This document shows, in pieces, positions 45,065-54,852 of a DNA stretch of 64,000 bases (positions are counted from its first letter, which is position 1; each line of letters starts with the position of its first letter). Under the pieces are notes generated by a model. That model saw only the letters and a list, made by a program, of their open reading frames with translations, searched no databases and was not told the origin of the DNA. Origin of the DNA: an uncultured virus (IMG/VR IMGVR_UViG_3300010299_000003) (Duplodnaviria; Heunggongvirae; Uroviricota; Caudoviricetes); the IMG/VR virus record IMGVR_UViG_3300010299_000003; one strand, given 5' to 3'. The position numbers were made by a program, and so were the translations under genes.

Positions 45065-47275
45065 TTAACATATATTATCAATAAATCTATTAAGTAATAT
45101 TCTACTTGTATATTTAGCTTTCATATGTTTATCAAAATCTTTTGCTATTTGTTTAATTACTTTTTTAGATTCTTTTTTATTAGTATCATCTAATGGTGCT
45201 GAAACTTCTTTATCAGTTTCAAAATCAGAATTATGTATTGATAGTTTATTACCAGAAGGTAGAAAGTAATAAGAATCATAACCCAATATGTTTTTTAATT
45301 CACAAAACTTATTATTAATATAAAAATCATGATACTCTTTACTCAAATTCCTATCTTGAATATTTTCATATAAAAATGATTTAAGTTCTCTATTATCAAT
45401 TAATCTAAATCCTATTATATTACAAAATGAAATTTCTTTAAGAATTTTTAGAACATCTTCAGTCTGATCTTGACTAGTCAATTTCCAAGTTTTTTTACTT
45501 TCATTATCTCTAATATAAATATCATGCGAAAATTTTGAATATCTAGCATACCTACTTTGTGTCAATGTTTCATGTAAATATTCATCATTTTTTTTATATG
45601 TCAGTCCGTGATTATCATAACCATCAGTTAAAAATATTGTATTCACAATATCTACAGAATTCTCTTTTCTCATTTTTTTAATTAAATCCCTAGCACATAA
45701 TATTGATGGTATTAATGGCGTTGTATTCAATCTTTCTTCTCTAGGAATATTGGTATATTTGTTTTTGTATGATTCCATAATACATAGTATATTATGCAAA
45801 GCAGTATTAAATTCAAATCCACTCATTTTACTACTGAAATATTGTCTTAATGAAAATCTAGATGATATTGTTAAATCATTCATATTCCACTTTTGATTTT
45901 CATATGTTTTACAATAATTTTCATCAGTAAATCCGTAAACATCAAAAGGTATATTAATTCTCTTACAGAATAAAACAAGATTTAATAATTGTTCATATGT
46001 ACTTACCATGCTATTATTCATGCTACTACTCATATCTAAAAACATTATTAGACCATGTGATTTTCCCTCTGGAATTGTAGTAACTTTTTTAAAAACATCT
46101 TCATTATACCTATATGAATAAATTTTATTAGTATCCAATTTGCCAGTTCTTGATGTTAAACTTTTTATATCCAACTTAGCCTTTTTTTTCATCTCAAAAA
46201 TATTTGCTAGTTGATTTACCACAGTTTTTGTATAATTTTTATAGCTATTCACTAAAGAAAATGTAGAACTATAATGATCTGGAAAAAAACTGGTGTAATA
46301 ATCTGTTATTTGTTTATGAACAATTTTATATGGAACTATAAAATTATTAACATCAATATTAGGAAGATTAGCATATATAGTTTCTTTATTATCAACTAAA
46401 TTTTTTAATTGAGAATCAAGTGCAGATTGTGTTTCACATGTTAAACCTCTACCTTGAGATCCTGAGTTTTCATCAATGGAAGATTGAGAATCTATATCTT
46501 CATTATCAAGTTCATCATAAGAATTATCTTGATCGGATTGATCTTCAGAATCATCATTAGATAAAACTTTATTAGATTGATCACTATCTCCAGTTTCAGA
46601 TTCATTTAAATTTTTACCATCGCCTAATTCTTGAGACTCATTTTCACTAAATTCACAATTTTCTACAGTTTCGGGAGTACCCTGAGATTCTGGATTTTCT
46701 TCTATAAATTGTTTTAATTCATTAGCAACTCTAACAACATCTGAAAATGTTTTACAATTTTTTACTTTATTTACCCATTGAATTTCATTATCTGAGAATG
46801 GTATTTTTAAATACCCATAATGACCTAACTTAAATTGTAGATTTAATCTATCTAGAAGTCCATAAGTAGAAATATCTCTACCATGTGTTTTAAAAAGATT
46901 AGATTTTTCTAACTCATTATATCCAGCTCTAAATGATTTTATAGTGCCAGGATATTTTCTTTGAATTAATCTTTCAATTCTAACATCCTCCACTATATTA
47001 ATAACCATTTTAAGATCATCATTATAATTATTTTTATCATCTTTAACACTAGTACTCCATTCATCAGTTGGTGTAAATAGAGCATGTCCCACCTCATGAG
47101 AGATCAAAAGTGTATAAACATCATTTGAAATATCTTTCCAATTTGGTAGTAATAATTTTCTATTAATTAAATCAAATGCGGCTGTGGGTATATTTGAATG
47201 CTCTACTGTTATATTCTCAGTAGACATCAATTTAGCTAAAATTTCTTTGGATGATTGTATATTTTTATTAGACAT
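45065..47275 (-). CDS. vWA-domain partner of the AAA ATPase with N-terminal HExxH domain ('CobT-like')
   Basis: HEVGHALFT, EDVRIE, acidic linker, LDMSSSM (MIDAS), TP, FLTDG. Confidence 0.88.
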   Translation of the reverse strand: MSNKNIQSSKEILAKLMSTENITVEHSNIPTAAFDLINRKLLLPNWKDISNDVYTLLISHEVGHALFTPTDEWSTSVKDDKNNYNDDLKMVINIVEDVRIERLIQRKYPGTIKSFRAGYNELEKSNLFKTHGRDISTYGLLDRLNLQFKLGHYGYLKIPFSDNEIQWVNKVKNCKTFSDVVRVANELKQFIEENPESQGTPETVENCEFSENESQELGDGKNLNESETGDSDQSNKVLSNDDSEDQSDQDNSYDELDNEDIDSQSSIDENSGSQGRGLTCETQSALDSQLKNLVDNKETIYANLPNIDVNNFIVPYKIVHKQITDYYTSFFPDHYSSTFSLVNSYKNYTKTVVNQLANIFEMKKKAKLDIKSLTSRTGKLDTNKIYSYRYNEDVFKKVTTIPEGKSHGLIMFLDMSSSMNNSMVSTYEQLLNLVLFCKRINIPFDVYGFTDENYCKTYENQKWNMNDLTISSRFSLRQYFSSKMSGFEFNTALHNILCIMESYKNKYTNIPREERLNTTPLIPSILCARDLIKKMRKENSVDIVNTIFLTDGYDNHGLTYKKNDEYLHETLTQSRYARYSKFSHDIYIRDNESKKTWKLTSQDQTEDVLKILKEISFCNIIGFRLIDNRELKSFLYENIQDRNLSKEYHDFYINNKFCELKNILGYDSYYFLPSGNKLSIHNSDFETDKEVSAPLDDTNKKESKKVIKQIAKDFDKHMKAKYTSRILLNRFIDNIC

Positions 47276-47363
47276 CGAATAACCTCATAATAATATTATG
47301 TTATAATCATAACATGAAAAATAATATAATACAAGACTTTTTTGATAATGTAAATTATTGTTA

Positions 47364-47615
47364 TTACTTATATTTTATATAATTTGTTATTATCATATAA
47401 GAAATTATTGCATTTAGTATGTAATTAGCTAGTAATGGTATGTCTTTAGATGTTAAAAAAACATATATTGACATTAGAGTACATCCAATAGACCATAAAA
47501 CTAAATTTACTATAGATAAACTAGAAACATTTTTTGTTATTAAAACTTTCACAAGTTGTGGTATAGCACATAAAGCTAAACAAACTGCCCCAACGTAACC
47601 CATTATTTGAATCAT
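47364..47615 (-). CDS. PQ-loop/SemiSWEET-like three-TM membrane protein
   Basis: GYVGAVCLALCAIPQ..K..SSLS..W..G..Y...PLLANY. Confidence 0.82.
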   Translation of the reverse strand: MIQIMGYVGAVCLALCAIPQLVKVLITKNVSSLSIVNLVLWSIGCTLMSIYVFLTSKDIPLLANYILNAIISYMIITNYIKYK

Positions 47616-47618
47616 AAA

Positions 47619-49277
47619 TCATATCTTTTTAAATATAAAAATTGGTTCATACTTTAGCCAAAGATGTTTCTTTGCTACTTTTATACCTCTTGTTGTTTCT
47701 TTTATTCTACAAAAGTTTTTACAATTTGGTTTTCCAGTTACAGGATCTACCCTATTACCTCCAGGCATTTGAGCTAGTGTCATTTTTAATTTGCCCTCAT
47801 ATGACATACCAAAAGATGTTAATAAATCATGGGTATATTTTTCCAATTCATAATTAGCATTTTTCCCCAAATTTATATCTGCTATATTCCAAATTAAATA
47901 TCTATTTGGTGCTAACCAATCATATGCAGTCTTTAAGGTGGGCTTTAAATAATATTCTAACCAGTCTTCATATTCAGAAAATTTTCTAGAACTTTGAGTA
48001 TCATCTTCTGAATAAACCTCTTTACAGAAATATGGTGGACTAGTAAAAACTAAATCTAATTTGCCTTTATACTTTTGAAAATTTTCCTCTTTATGCATAT
48101 TTTCGCTACCAACTTGATATATTTCATATGTATGAGCATCATTAGAAAATGCAGAATGATTATACTTATTGTAGAAGTCTGCTAACTCATGATACTTAGT
48201 TCTACCATTTTCTGTTGTATTATCAGTATTAGGATCTGTTCCAATATAGTGAACTTTTCTTACATCATTTTCTATAGACATAGCACCCAATATTCTACCA
48301 CCCCAGCCAGCAGAAGGATCCCAGATGTTAATCACTTCTTGATCTTTAATATGTTCAGTGAATCTTTCATACAAATATCTTGCAGTTAGTGGAGGAAAAT
48401 TCACAGCTTGTTGACAAAATGTTACTCTAAATGCTTTTAATCCAACTGGAAATAATTTAGTATCTCTTTTAAATATTCTAATCTGATAAAAATTTTTATT
48501 CTTTAATGTTTTATGATTGATATTAACTTTACACTTATCATCTATAGAATTTGATATTTCCTCATATTCATCAAAAGATAGAAAAAAATTATTTAAATTC
48601 AATTCTTCATTATAACCAGTATATGATTGATTGTCACTAACAGGATCTAACCAATAATCAAAATCCTTTTCATAACCATTTCTATTCTGTTCATATGCCA
48701 AAATCCAACTTTTAGCACTGTCTTTTGGTTCTATAAAATATTTTTTAACATACGAGTCTACACTTTCTTTATCTGAGTATTTTTTTACAACTGGAGAGTA
48801 ATGATAAAAAGAATCTCTTTTAAAATTCCTTTTAGCATATAGTAGCATTTTATCAAATAAGGAATCTTCTTTAAAATGATCATATATTGACAATGCATCA
48901 GATAAATTTTTTGTATAACTAATTTTTGTAGTCATCATATTGGGGAACCATTGATTTGCACAATTTCCCAACTTTGTATTATTTGTAATACAATCTTTTT
49001 GATTAGTTTCTAAATCAATTTTTTCCACTCCATCTTTTTTATGAAAAATTGGATAAGATCTAATCTTAGACATCTCTTTAATTATGTCAGATTTTTGTTT
49101 TCCAGTTTTAGGTGGTATACCCTTTTCATCCCAAACTTTTACTACAAATTTCCTAAGATCATATAACCAAGATCTAAAGTCTTCATTAGACATCCACAAT
49201 ATCTCTGCAAATGTCTTATTAAGATCACTATTCAATAAGTCATCATTATTTTGATAAAACCACTTATCTTCATTCAT
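47619..49277 (-). CDS. Large SAM-dependent DNA amino-methyltransferase-like protein (SPPY, alpha order)
   Basis: NFPPLTA, WDPSAGWGGR (motif I), GTDPN, DLVFTSPPYF..E.YS, WNIAD, YEPIFIF; about 290-aa N-terminal extension. Confidence 0.82.
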   Translation of the reverse strand: MNEDKWFYQNNDDLLNSDLNKTFAEILWMSNEDFRSWLYDLRKFVVKVWDEKGIPPKTGKQKSDIIKEMSKIRSYPIFHKKDGVEKIDLETNQKDCITNNTKLGNCANQWFPNMMTTKISYTKNLSDALSIYDHFKEDSLFDKMLLYAKRNFKRDSFYHYSPVVKKYSDKESVDSYVKKYFIEPKDSAKSWILAYEQNRNGYEKDFDYWLDPVSDNQSYTGYNEELNLNNFFLSFDEYEEISNSIDDKCKVNINHKTLKNKNFYQIRIFKRDTKLFPVGLKAFRVTFCQQAVNFPPLTARYLYERFTEHIKDQEVINIWDPSAGWGGRILGAMSIENDVRKVHYIGTDPNTDNTTENGRTKYHELADFYNKYNHSAFSNDAHTYEIYQVGSENMHKEENFQKYKGKLDLVFTSPPYFCKEVYSEDDTQSSRKFSEYEDWLEYYLKPTLKTAYDWLAPNRYLIWNIADINLGKNANYELEKYTHDLLTSFGMSYEGKLKMTLAQMPGGNRVDPVTGKPNCKNFCRIKETTRGIKVAKKHLWLKYEPIFIFKKI

Positions 49278-49283
49278 ATAAAA

Positions 49284-49922
49284 TTACTTTTTCTTAGATG
49301 GTTTCTTAGATGGTTTCTTAGATGGTTTCTTAACATTTTTTTGTTTACTACTAAGTCTAGACTCTTTTATAATATCTAAATTATAAAGTGACTCTATAAC
49401 TGGCACACCAATATGATCTACAATACCGTGTTTTAATGCTTCTTTTGAATCTAAGTACCAATTTACATGCTTCTTTTCAGTAATAATTTGTTGAAAATAT
49501 GTTTTTGGTTTATCACAATTTTTACTTAATATTTCATAAATTCTATTGTTCAATCTATCACCTTCTCCAACATCTGCTTTCAATTCTTCTATTTTACCTA
49601 TTGAAATAGATGCAACATCATGAATCATAACAGTAGCATTTGGGCCAACAAATCTCAAACCTTTTGTTCCTGAAGATAGCAATATACTACCACAACTCAT
49701 AGCTTTTCCCAATGCTATAGTTGCGATTGGCTTATTTGCTGTAGACATTATATCTAACATAGCTAACAGAGAATAAACTTCACCACCAAAGCTATCAATT
49801 ATGATTGGAATAATTGGTATTGAAGTGGACATTAATTCGTCAAAGTCAGCTTTAAAATCTTTTACAGCATCTTCATGAAATCCATTTACCACAACACAAT
49901 TTTTAATTTTACTTTCTGCCAT
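49284..49922 (-). CDS. clpP: ClpP-like serine protease
   Basis: IDSFGGEV, GKAMSCGS (Ser), MIHD (His), WYLDSKEALKHGIVD. Confidence 0.88.
   Translation of the reverse strand: MAESKIKNCVVVNGFHEDAVKDFKADFDELMSTSIPIIPIIIDSFGGEVYSLLAMLDIMSTANKPIATIALGKAMSCGSILLSSGTKGLRFVGPNATVMIHDVASISIGKIEELKADVGEGDRLNNRIYEILSKNCDKPKTYFQQIITEKKHVNWYLDSKEALKHGIVDHIGVPVIESLYNLDIIKESRLSSKQKNVKKPSKKPSKKPSKKK
49290..49332. repeat. 12-bp tandem repeat (about 3.5 copies) encoding KKPS
   Basis: (tttcttagatgg)x3 plus tttctta. Confidence 0.9.
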
Positions 49923-49943
49923 AATTATAATCTCACTACATTT

Positions 49944-51656
49944 TTATTTTATGATACTAAAATTTTTACTTTTTGTAAAGGAAATTACCTTATTAAATTT
50001 ATCAAGAATAGTTTCTTTATGTGATATTACAAATATATTAGTATTATTAAACAATTTGGAATTTAATAAGTTCAAAACATTTTCTGTAGCAGTGACATCT
50101 AGATAACTATCTAGAACTTCATCTAATATTAAGAGATTAGTATTAACACTATTTTTCATCTTTGCAATAACTCTCCAAGTAAACAGTAGTGCCAAATCTA
50201 TTCTTTGTTTTTCACCCTCAGAAAAGTTTTCGTATACAAAATCATCTCTACCTCTCGATTTTATACTTTCATTGAATTCTTCATCTATATTAAATGAAAC
50301 AAAAAAGTTCATAGAATTTAAAAATATATTAGTATGTTTATTGATGAGAGGTAAGTATTGTTTTATTATTTTTGCTTTTACTCCACCATCTTTCAGCAAA
50401 GAAAGCACATGTTCTTGAGTATTTTTTGTAATCAAATTATCTTCTTTTTGTAATTCCAATTTTTTTAACTCATCACTTAATTCATTTAATTTATGTTCAT
50501 AATTAGATGATTGATCTTCTTCCTTTTTCAATTCTATAGTTTGTTTAGCAATTTTTTTAATAAATTCTGTTATTCCATCAATACTACTATTATTTTTTAA
50601 TATTTTTGTCTGTATCTCGGAAATTTTATCTTCTATATTTTTTGCTTCACTCATTTTTAAGTTTAGCTTATTTAAAATATCATCAATATCAGTCAAACCA
50701 GAATTCCACTCTGAAACTTTATTTTGATGTTTTTCTATTTGTGAATGTTTAAAATTAGTAGGAATAGATTGTGTGCAGGTAGGACAATTATCATTTTCGG
50801 AATAAAATGATATTTCTTTTGTAGACTTTTTTATATTAATGTCCAATCTATCTTTAATAGTTTTTATTTTAGATAATTGCTCAACAATATCACTTTTAAA
50901 ATCTAATTTAGATTTCAATTTTTCAATTTCTTGTTTATGCTCTTCGTTTATATTTTGCAAATTTTCCATTTGAAGTTTATTTTCTTCAATAACTTCTTTA
51001 TTTTTTATAATTTTTTCATTTTTACTTTGTGATAAGTCTTCTATGTATTTTTTTTGTAGTTCTATTTTTTCTCTAACTAAAGAAATGCTATACTCATTAG
51101 TTTGTATTGAATTTTTCAAATTTGATATTTTTTGCTTTAATATACTATTCATTAAAGAAAATATTTCAATATCAAGTAAACCTTCAATAATAATTCTTCT
51201 ATCAGCAGGTTTTAACTGCATGAAAGGTGTAAAATTTGATGCACCCAATACTATTATTTGAGTAAATGCTTTATAGTTAAATTTTAATATTTGCTTTTCT
51301 AAGTATTGCTGATAATCTTTAGAATGAGAATCTTGATTAATTAATCTATTATCACAATGTATTTCAAAGATGTTTGGTTTTATACCACGTTTTATTAGGT
51401 AATTCTGTTTTCCTATAGTAAATTCAATTTCAACTAAACAATTTTTTTGATTGATCATATTGATCAATTTATTTTTGTTTATATTCCTAAATGGTTTATT
51501 AAATAGACCAAAAGATATTGCATCTAATAATGTACTTTTTCCACTACCAGATTCCCCATGAAGAATAGTGGTTTTATTTTGAGAAAGATTAATCTCTATA
51601 AAATTATTTCCAGTAGCAAGAAAATTCTTCCACCTAACTTTATTAAAAACAATCAT
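49944..51656 (-). CDS. gp46: Recombination ATPase gp46 (Rad50/SbcC-like)
   Basis: GESGSGKS, CPTC hook, FSEGE, ILDEV, ISH. Confidence 0.96.
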   Translation of the reverse strand: MIVFNKVRWKNFLATGNNFIEINLSQNKTTILHGESGSGKSTLLDAISFGLFNKPFRNINKNKLINMINQKNCLVEIEFTIGKQNYLIKRGIKPNIFEIHCDNRLINQDSHSKDYQQYLEKQILKFNYKAFTQIIVLGASNFTPFMQLKPADRRIIIEGLLDIEIFSLMNSILKQKISNLKNSIQTNEYSISLVREKIELQKKYIEDLSQSKNEKIIKNKEVIEENKLQMENLQNINEEHKQEIEKLKSKLDFKSDIVEQLSKIKTIKDRLDINIKKSTKEISFYSENDNCPTCTQSIPTNFKHSQIEKHQNKVSEWNSGLTDIDDILNKLNLKMSEAKNIEDKISEIQTKILKNNSSIDGITEFIKKIAKQTIELKKEEDQSSNYEHKLNELSDELKKLELQKEDNLITKNTQEHVLSLLKDGGVKAKIIKQYLPLINKHTNIFLNSMNFFVSFNIDEEFNESIKSRGRDDFVYENFSEGEKQRIDLALLFTWRVIAKMKNSVNTNLLILDEVLDSYLDVTATENVLNLLNSKLFNNTNIFVISHKETILDKFNKVISFTKSKNFSIIK

Positions 51657-52732
51657 TAATCACCTTGAACATACTCATTTGTGTTGATTGCTTCAAGATA
51701 CAATTCTCTTAATAAATTGTTTACAGAATCTTTATCTTCAATATCTAACAATTCAACACAATCTTTTAATATAGTTAAAGTATCTTTAGCTTCATCAATT
51801 TCATGATTATCTATATTATCTGTATCTAAAAACGATTCTATAACTGATATATCAGAAGGATTATGCGTTTGTAAATTTTCTAAAAACTTATCAAATAAGT
51901 ATGGATTGGTTTTTTTATTAACTATTAATTTAATAAACATACCAGATATAAAGGAATAGTCTTGTGACATTAAATCTTCATAACTTTTGCCAGTATCATC
52001 ATAATATATTTTATTAAACATTTTGATTGGATTTTCTATGAAGGTTAATTCCATAGTTTCAGTATCTAGTATATGAAAACCTTTTGGTGAACCATAATCA
52101 CCCCACATCATAGCATAAGGAGCACCAAGATAATGTATACTACCCATACTAGATTTCTGATGAAAATGCCCACTCATTGTCATATAAAACTTATCAAATA
52201 ATTCCTTTTTAAATCCTTTATCGACGTTTATATGACCAGCATACATTTCAAAACCAATTAACTCTAAATGACCTAAACATATTTTAGCATTACTCCTATT
52301 CAATAAGTCTAAAGAATGATTTTTATTTTCTTCACAAATCCACGGAAGATATAGTAATTTTAAATCTCCAAAATTTACTTCAGATGCATTTTCATATGAA
52401 TGTATATTTTCATACACTCGCAAAAGTTCATTGACGCTATTAATTGAATTTGTATTTTTATAATAGGTATCATGATTACCTATCAATATATCAACTCTAT
52501 CGCAAGTATCATTAAGTCTTTTAAAAACTCTTGTTTGCCAAGAATTCAATGTTTTGAAGTTTATATATTTTCGTCTATCAAACACATCACCAAGATGTAT
52601 AACATTTTTTATGTTATGCTTTTCCAGATATGGGAAAAAAATATCTTCATAAAACTTTAAAAAAAATTCATTCAATGCGGTATTATCATTACCTGATCCG
52701 CAGTGAGTATCAGTTATTAAAGCAATTTTCAT
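51656..52732 (-). CDS. gp47: Recombination nuclease gp47 (Mre11/SbcD-like)
   Basis: TDTH, LGDVFDRRK, GNHD, GHLE, SGHFH. Confidence 0.96.
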   Translation of the reverse strand: MKIALITDTHCGSGNDNTALNEFFLKFYEDIFFPYLEKHNIKNVIHLGDVFDRRKYINFKTLNSWQTRVFKRLNDTCDRVDILIGNHDTYYKNTNSINSVNELLRVYENIHSYENASEVNFGDLKLLYLPWICEENKNHSLDLLNRSNAKICLGHLELIGFEMYAGHINVDKGFKKELFDKFYMTMSGHFHQKSSMGSIHYLGAPYAMMWGDYGSPKGFHILDTETMELTFIENPIKMFNKIYYDDTGKSYEDLMSQDYSFISGMFIKLIVNKKTNPYLFDKFLENLQTHNPSDISVIESFLDTDNIDNHEIDEAKDTLTILKDCVELLDIEDKDSVNNLLRELYLEAINTNEYVQGD

Positions 52733-52733
52733 T

Positions 52734-53003
52734 TTACCTACCCCTTCTTTGAGGCATCCTTTGAGGTGGTTTTACACTTGGTCTTTTAGTGGGATTAGGC
52801 ATCTTTTTAGGGCCCACTGGTTGCTTTGGTTTCTTTTTTTTATCTAATTCTTTTTTATTTTTTACACAATCAGTTAATATACTGACTATTGCATTTTCCA
52901 CCGAAGAATATTTACCATCTTCTACTAGTTTTTCAATTTTCGATAGGGTATCTAAAGATACATCTAATTCTACTTCAACTAATTTTTGTTTTTTAGATTT
53001 CAT
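52734..53003 (-). CDS. Ribbon-helix-helix-like protein with basic Pro-rich tail
   Basis: VELDVS..TLSKIEKLVEDGKYSSVENAI. Confidence 0.6.
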   Translation of the reverse strand: MKSKKQKLVEVELDVSLDTLSKIEKLVEDGKYSSVENAIVSILTDCVKNKKELDKKKKPKQPVGPKKMPNPTKRPSVKPPQRMPQRRGR

Positions 53004-53311
53004 GTGTAATCAAATCCATTATCATTTTCGTTTATATTATCACTCTTGGAACTAGTTTCTTTTTTAGGTGCAGGAGGATATAATATATCATATAACAAAT
53101 CTATGGTTAGTTCAAGATTTTGACCAGTATTTTTATATAACCTTATTATTTCCAATAAGCTATCTTCAGTATCAACTTTTGGAATTTTATTAATATCTTT
53201 AAGTAATCTAGATAAAACATCAACAGATGTATAAGTTTTATCACTTGAATGTTTATATAAACTATTTAAGATATTATCTTTTATTTTTTTTATATGCTCT
53301 TTATCATCCAT
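53000..53311 (-). CDS. Hypothetical protein
   Basis: Coupled to gp55. Confidence 0.6.
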   Translation of the reverse strand: MDDKEHIKKIKDNILNSLYKHSSDKTYTSVDVLSRLLKDINKIPKVDTEDSLLEIIRLYKNTGQNLELTIDLLYDILYPPAPKKETSSKSDNINENDNGFDYT

Positions 53312-53982
53312 TACTGTTCTGGTAAATGTTTGTAATTTTCATATACATCATCAAAAGATAGTTTTTTCTTCTTTTTAGGTTTAATAGATTCACTTATTTT
53401 ATCATCATTATTAATTTTAGTTTTTTTAGATGACACTTTTGTTTTTGTTTTTGTTTTATTTTTAGATTTTGTTTTATCGTTCTTTGTTTTTTTACTACTC
53501 TCATAATTTTCTAAAAATTCATACATATTTAAATCAGATTGTTCACTACCATACTTTGTATTATTTAAATGTTCGCTATCTGCAACATCATGTATTAATG
53601 ATTGTGAAATCATCTTATACTTTGTATAAAGTTGTTTCTTTTCTTTTTGAATCCTTCTAACAAATGCGTAGTAAATAATTTGAGTGAAATACGCAAAGGG
53701 GTTAGAACTTTTATCTGGATTAAAATTATTAAGATATTGTAAACAATTTTCTATGCCGTCACATACCATTTCTTCTCTAAATGGATAATTTACAAAATTC
53801 GGTCTGTTAGCTAGTTTATTAGCAATTTTAACTATGCATTCACCTATGTATTCTGAAACTTGTGGTATGGGTTCTTTTGCTTTTTTTGATTTTTTTACTT
53901 CTTTTATATGATGCTTCATAGCTTCGAGGAACTCAGCATTGTTCACATAATGTTTATCATCTTTTTTTGGTTTTTTGTTCAT
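53311..53982 (-). CDS. gp55: Late sigma factor gp55
   Basis: HYVNNAEF, YIGEC, PNFVNY, DGIENC, NPFAYFTQIIYYAFVRRIQKEKKQ. Confidence 0.97.
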   Translation of the reverse strand: MNKKPKKDDKHYVNNAEFLEAMKHHIKEVKKSKKAKEPIPQVSEYIGECIVKIANKLANRPNFVNYPFREEMVCDGIENCLQYLNNFNPDKSSNPFAYFTQIIYYAFVRRIQKEKKQLYTKYKMISQSLIHDVADSEHLNNTKYGSEQSDLNMYEFLENYESSKKTKNDKTKSKNKTKTKTKVSSKKTKINNDDKISESIKPKKKKKLSFDDVYENYKHLPEQ

Positions 53983-54197
53983 ATTTAAATAGTATCATCG
54001 TATTAAAATTAATACAAGAAAATATATGATTTATTATCAATAAATGAAATAAAACTATTTGAAAATGGGAATACTAAAAATTTTTAATAAAAGAAATGAA
54101 GTCCATTATTATTAATATTAAAAAAATAATAAAGTTTTATTCAAACCTGCACACAGGTATATAGTAATCCAAGTTTAAAAAAAACAGTTAATCCAGA

Positions 54198-54261
54198 AAT
54201 ATTGAAAAAAAAGATCTAAAATCGAAAATAATATTGAAAAAAAAGATCTAAAATCGAAAAT
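54198..54261. repeat. Perfect 32-bp tandem duplication in an AT-rich non-coding region
   Basis: aatattgaaaaaaaagatctaaaatcgaaaat x2 (54198-54229 and 54230-54261). Confidence 0.9.
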
Positions 54262-54363
54262 AAACGACTTTTTTTGAGTAGTCTAAGGGTAGAATCAAAC
54301 TAGTTAATTCTATTTATTTTAGGTAGTATAAGCTATTAAAAATACTATAAAATAAAAATGGAA

Positions 54364-54807
54364 TTATTGAAGATCATCATCACTGAAATCGGTTTTTCGC
54401 AAAAGCTCATTTAGCTTATCTGATATATCATTTTTTTCAGATTTAGTTGAACTTAGCTCTAAATCATTTGCTTCATCACCTTCAGCTTCAGACATCATTA
54501 AATGTCTAGCTAATATTAGTTCACAGTAATGTTCTTCTAGCTTTTTAGTTGGATTGCCTAAAGTTAGTATGTTGCTTTTATCAATAGGTAGTGTTTCATC
54601 ACCGATTGATGGCGCCCAATCAGAAAGATATAACGCATGAACCTTGTGCTCTTTACTATATTCACTTGTTATTTTAAGTGGTGATGAAATAAAAATTAAA
54701 TTGTCTGTAGTATATCCATCATTAGTATCATCCAATTCTGTACCATCTTGAATGATTCCTATTACTTCTTCGTCAGTTATTAGTTTTATTACTTTTAATT
54801 GTCCCAT
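54364..54807 (-). CDS. Conserved T4-like hypothetical protein (Sm-like fold, uvsW neighbour)
   Basis: VIKLITDEEVIG..P..W.P; acidic tail. Confidence 0.7.
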   Translation of the reverse strand: MGQLKVIKLITDEEVIGIIQDGTELDDTNDGYTTDNLIFISSPLKITSEYSKEHKVHALYLSDWAPSIGDETLPIDKSNILTLGNPTKKLEEHYCELILARHLMMSEAEGDEANDLELSSTKSEKNDISDKLNELLRKTDFSDDDLQ

Positions 54808-54852
54808 GAAACTAAACTCCTATGTGCATCATGCGTTTAACCATATTTTTAT

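Noticed and set aside
43120..47275. Cobalamin biosynthesis genes cobS/cobT supporting NrdJ
   Set aside because: This AAA/vWA pair is common in T4-like phages, no cobN is present, and the motifs fit a generic MoxR/vWA chaperone.
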